From the NCBI RefSeq assembly GCF_018350175.1, contig NC_058368.1:173416001-173480000 (forward strand): a stretch of DNA of 64,000 bases, in the 5' to 3' direction. The notes under the pieces are model-generated. The model did not search any database. It was given only the letters and a program-made list of their open reading frames with translations, and was not told the origin of the DNA. Positions 59,441-64,000 of the stretch are shown here, one piece after another. Numbering within the stretch: the first letter of the stretch is position 1; every line of letters starts with the position of its first letter. The position numbers were made by a program, and so were the translations under genes. This DNA is from Felis catus (Eukaryota).

Positions 59441-61557
59441 AATAAATCTCCTCATCTTGGCCTTCAGGCCACACCTGGGTGACCTCCCTGCCTCACCCCC
59501 ACCTCACCCCAAGTCCCTGGACTCCCCTGGTGCCCCCAGCCTCTGTCTCTCTGCTTCCTTGGCCTACCAGTCAAACTCACCTTTTCAAATGGCAAAATCC
59601 TATTCAGCCTCATAACCCTGGGAAGGTATCACCATTCAGTCACTCACTTATGCAGCTGATGATTGAAAATGTATTTATTCAGCACCTTTATATGCCAGGC
59701 ACTGGGCTTGGCATTACAATGAGTAATATACAAAGATACAGAAAGAGGAAGCGAGAGAATCCTTGCCCCCTAAAACCCCCCAGAACAGCTGAGGAGGAAG
59801 GAGGGGGCTCTTTCTGGCCCCTGCTAGGCCACACTCAGAGCAGGGGTCTTAAATCCAGATGTCCCTGGGGGTCTACCAGACCTCTAAGTGAAGAGGCAGG
59901 CAGGGCATGGCTGATGCCAGGTGTAGACCCCTTCTGAATGGGGCTTCAGCCCAAGTGTGCCTTATGGAGGGCAGCTCACTGTTGACAACTAGTTTTTCGG
60001 GAGAAGCTAGAAGTCCAGATATTTATATGAAATCTCCTGGTTTTTAAATGCAATTCTGGTTTTCTTTAGATCCACCCTCCCTGGGAGCCACACAAACCTG
60101 CCTGCCTGCCTGTCTGGCAATAGGGGTGACGGGGGGTGGGGTGGGGGGGACGTCTCTGGGGCTGGGTCTCAAACCTTCCAGAGCCCATCTCCTGCAGGGG
60201 GAAGGGAGGGGCAGGGTCTGGGTGGGCGATGCCTGATCACAGAGCCCGAGCTACAACCAGGCTCAGATGCCTCAGTGGGGTACCTCTACCCAGATCCCTG
60301 GGTCCTGGAGCCAGCCCCCTCCACCGCCCCGGAAGCCCGGCAGAGCCAAATGGTCTCTTTTCTCTGCTGCAGCATCTCCCAGGAAGGCCGCTTCAACCGG
60401 TCGCTCTGCAGACTTAAATAATAAATTGCAGCAGAGAGAGGGAAATTAAGCAATGCAGGGTGGGGAGGTGGGGGCTGGGGGCTGGAGGCTGCAATGGAAA
60501 ATCTGATGAGGAGTTAGCGAAGTGAAAAGGAGCAGGCGGGCCGGCAGGCGGGCGGGCTGCAGGGGCGGCGAGGGATGGGTCTCCCCACCACCCCATCCCC
60601 TGAGCTTAGGCCTGGAGCAGGGCTGCATTGCAGCCTCCATCTGTCGACACCAGGAATCTAGCTGGGTCCTGCCGTTGCTTAAAGCAAGACGAAGCCCCCT
60701 GTCAGGCCCTCGCCTCCTCAGCACACCCCTCAGTACAAACCTTGCTCACACACACTTGGCACCCAGGACCCCTCAGGTTCATCCCCATCCTGGTCCAGCC
60801 TGGTGAGTGGGAGTGGGGGTGCCTCAGCAGCTTTCTTCCTTGCACCTTTTGCTCTCCCTTCCTCCCTGCGTCCCCCTACTCTGAGCTCCCCAGGGTGCCC
60901 AGTGCCTAAGGCTAACATGGCACAAACAACAGGTCAGAGCATTCTGGTCAACCACACTAGAAGACCACCACCAGGCTGGGAGAGCCCTGGAGTGAGGGGG
61001 TGTGGAGGGGGTCTCTGCCACTCCTGGCTGGGAGAGGTGGGGAGATCTAGCCTGGCCCTGTGTGCCTCACTTTAGAGGCAAGGCTTGGGGAACAGCAAGG
61101 CTCACCCGGCCCCCAGTCAGCAAGATAGAAGAAAGTCCTTTAGGAGGGGTCAGGACAGACAGCCCTGGGACAGCTCAGAAGGTCCCCTGTGCCTCAGGGA
61201 GGCAGAATGTTTGTCACGGAGTGAGATGGTCACCAGAGTGGCCCTGGAATGTTACTGGAGGACCCCAGTAGCCAGAAGGGAGCATGTGGTAGGGGATAGA
61301 CCCTACCCCAGGTAGAACTGGGGATCTCAGCAGAGAGCCCTGGGAATGAAGACACAACACGGACACAGGCACAGATGCATGGTGAGCCCGGCCCCCCTTC
61401 AGGGCCTTGACCCTTCATGGGCCCCTCCCCGACCTTAGTGAGAAGGTGAGGACTTGAAACTGAAAAAAGAGACCCAGGATCAATCGAGAACACCCAAAAT
61501 GACTATATGTATACCAAGTTTCCCAAAATAGGGGCTAAGATAGAAATTGAGTTCAGT

Positions 61558-61615
61558 ATTAGAAAACCTGAGAACCATTTTTGCCCACCATTAGAAAACC
61601 TGAGAACCATTTTTG
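61558..61615. repeat. 26-bp direct repeat x2 (period 32)
   Basis: ATTAGAAAACCTGAGAACCATTTTTG at 61558-61583 and 61590-61615. Confidence 0.95.
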
Positions 61616-61689
61616 TAACCCTGGAGACTCTGCCCGTGCTTGGCACAGAGTTCTCAAGAGGCATTTGGTGTGCAGGCAGGGACTCTCCT

Positions 61690-62110
61690 AAGTGTCTGCT
61701 CTGCTCCAGGCACTGTCCTGGGACTGGGGATGGGACCGAGGTCCCAACCCTGCTCGCTGATATTGGAGGTGGAGGAGACGGTGAGTACGAAAGTGACGGT
61801 AACTGCGTGAGCGCATGTCAGATGGTGGGAACTACGGTTTCGAACAGTCAGCGCAGGATCCTGTGATCAGAACTGCAATGGATGGGGCCCAGGAGGGCCT
61901 CTCTAAGGAGACACTGGGCTGAGTCTCCAGTGAGGAGAAGGCTAAAGGAGAAGGTCAGAGGAGAAGGCGTTTCAGGCGGAGGAGACGGCAGGTGCAAGGG
62001 GCCAGACATGGTGCAGTGGACCACGGCACGATGTGAGCAGGGACAGAGAGGCCCGCAAGGCACAGGGGGATCTGCCCTTCCTTCTGTGAGATGGAAAGTC
62101 AGGAGCAAGA
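61690..62110 (-). mobile_element. L2 LINE fragment
   Basis: CCAGGCACTGTCCTGGGACTGGGGAT...CAGGAGGGCCTCTCTAAGGAG...GCAGGTGCAAGGGGCC. Confidence 0.7.
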
Positions 62111-62609
62111 GAAAGTGAAGCAAAGAAGACTGGTTTGATTTACTTCTTTTAAAGAGTATGTCTTGATGACAGGAGACAATCCGCAGTGAAGCACGGGGTC
62201 CCCAGCCCCCTTGGATGGCTCCTGATGCAGTGTCCACGGCAGGCTCATGGCCTCACTGGCCCGGCCTGCAGCCTCGAAGCCCACTCCATGGGATTTACCG
62301 CCACAGAGATGCTATTTGTGCACACCACCCAGCAAATAGTACCGGAACTTAATTTGCTGCGAACCAAATGTTTCAACAATACGTCCTGGATTCTTTTCTC
62401 TGTTATCACTTTCCCTCCAAATAATATTGCCTGTGTCCCTTTACCATTTCTATGTCCTTCTTTCCCTCCCTGATTTGCCTTTCCTTGTTTTCTCCCCATT
62501 TTCTCCTGTTTCCCCCTCCCCCCCTTAAACATCTGTGTTTTCTCTCCAGGGATCGCATGAACCCTTCTGCGTATGCTGTGTGCCACGCACATACTTGTGT
62601 AATATCTAC

Positions 62610-63500
62610 GACAATTATCACAGGACTCTTGTTTGCAAGCTGCAGAAATCGAAACCACACTGTCCTGGAATGGAATGGCTGATACAACTAGAAAGTCCAT
62701 GGGTAGCGTGCTTCAGGCATAGCTGGATCCAGGGGAACAAACCATGTTTCGAGACTCTGTTATGGACTTAATGTTTGTGTCCCCGGCTGCTGCCAAATTC
62801 ACATACTAAAGCCCTAGCCCCTAGCATGACTATATTTGAAGATAGGGCCTTTACATTGGTAATCAAGGTAAAATGAGGTCATTAAAGATGGGGTCTTGAT
62901 CCCACAGGATTGGTGTCCTTTATAAGATGAGACACAAGATTACTGGCACTTGTGAAGGTTCTCTCTCTTTCTCTCTCCCTGCCCTGCAAGAATACACGGA
63001 GGAAGGAGCCATCCGTAAGCCAAGAGGAGAGGCCTCAGAATGAAACCGACCTTGACTTTGGACTTCACAGCCTCCAGAACTGTGAGATATAGGTGTCTGT
63101 TGTTTAAGCCACTCAGTCTGTGGCGTTTTGTTATGGCAGCCTGAGCTGACTGGGACAGACTCCATTTCTTTCATCTCTCCTCTGCTTTCCTGAGTTGGAG
63201 TCATTCTCAGACAAACCCCCCTTTTCACGGAGGCCCCCTCAGCAGCTCCAAGCAACGTACTTACTGCTCACCACCATGGGGAGACGGCGAGAGCCAGCTT
63301 CTTTTTGTCAATAGTTTCAACAAATAGACAGAATATAGTTTTGGCAGTCAGGTCTGGATCACGTCCCCACACCTGAAGCCAGAGACCAGGGTCAGCCCAG
63401 GGGGCAAGAGGAGGCTCAGGTACCCTGTTTGCAGTGAGGACTTGAAGGCTCAGAGAGCATAGGGCCTTGCCTGTGATCCCCAGGCTCATCCTTGCCCCAT
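62610..63500 (-). mobile_element. Old MLT1K-type LTR split by MLT1A/B
   Basis: GGACTCTTGTTTGCAAG...GCTTCAGGCATAGCTGGATCCAGGGG / resumes CATTTCTTTCATCTCTCCTCTGCTTTCC...TCATTCTCAGACA. Confidence 0.7.
62758..63157 (+). mobile_element. MLT1A/B solo LTR
   Basis: TGTTATGGAC...GACA termini, CAGCCTCCAGAACTGTGAGA, TGTTTAAGCCACTCAGTCTGTGG; perfect 5-bp TSD GACTC at 62753-62757 and 63158-63162. Confidence 0.94.
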
Positions 63501-64000
63501 GACTGCTGATTCCTCACCTTGAGCCCACACAAGGACACGTCTCTCTGTCTCACAGCCTCCTCCAAGCTTCTCCTGGGACCAGCAGGTCCGGCCCACCTCC
63601 TTCCTCACTCTTCATGACTGGCTCCTCTTAGCGTCATTCACCACAAAGGGGCTCCCTGGGCACCGGAAGATGGGTGGTTCTGCTCACCACTCACTCAACC
63701 CTCTTCATTCCCCTGGAATCCGTGTGCAGCCAGATGGATGGGTCCCAAGGAAGGAGAGTGGGGAAGCCACATCTAGATCCATGCCAGCGTCCATCTGCAT
63801 GGCCCAGGGAGAGGGGAAGAGCCTTCTCCATGACCCATGTGGGAGTCCCCAGTCACTGTCCCGAGTTAAGCTGTGGGTTGTATGACTATTCAGGCCACTA
63901 ACCCAACTGTGCTAAAACCACAACCATATGTTCCTACTCTCTGTATTCTTTATTTCAAACCCCACTTTCTGCCCAGCAGCAGAATGTAAGACTTGGTCAG

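Overview
Mammalian genomic DNA from a cat-family (Felidae) species. The assignment rests on about 12 tRNA-derived carnivore SINEs (several of the young SINEC_Fc type with intact target-site duplications), a felid L1 3' end and a Tigger1-derived MITE. No protein-coding gene, RNA gene, processed pseudogene or CRISPR array can be supported: the ORF-track entries are repeat-derived, low-complexity or GC-content artefacts. The window is an intronic or intergenic, moderately GC-rich landscape of old repeats (MIR, L2, L3/CR1, HAL1, L1M, MLT1/LTR16/MER21-like LTRs, MER5, MER63), several of them nested. Between them lie about a dozen repeat-free blocks rich in homeobox/Sox/Fox/POU motifs that resemble conserved enhancers, a small CpG-rich island (~41.1-41.5 kb), and a perfect-consensus REST/RE1 site overlapping a MARE/ARE (~14.0 kb). 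I do not see a new biological system. The best leads are regulatory (a probable neural/developmental enhancer field) and evolutionary (nested TE chronology, a CpG-gain tract, repair-type duplications). Repeat family names come from recalled consensus sequences, not a database search, and boundaries of old repeats are approximate.
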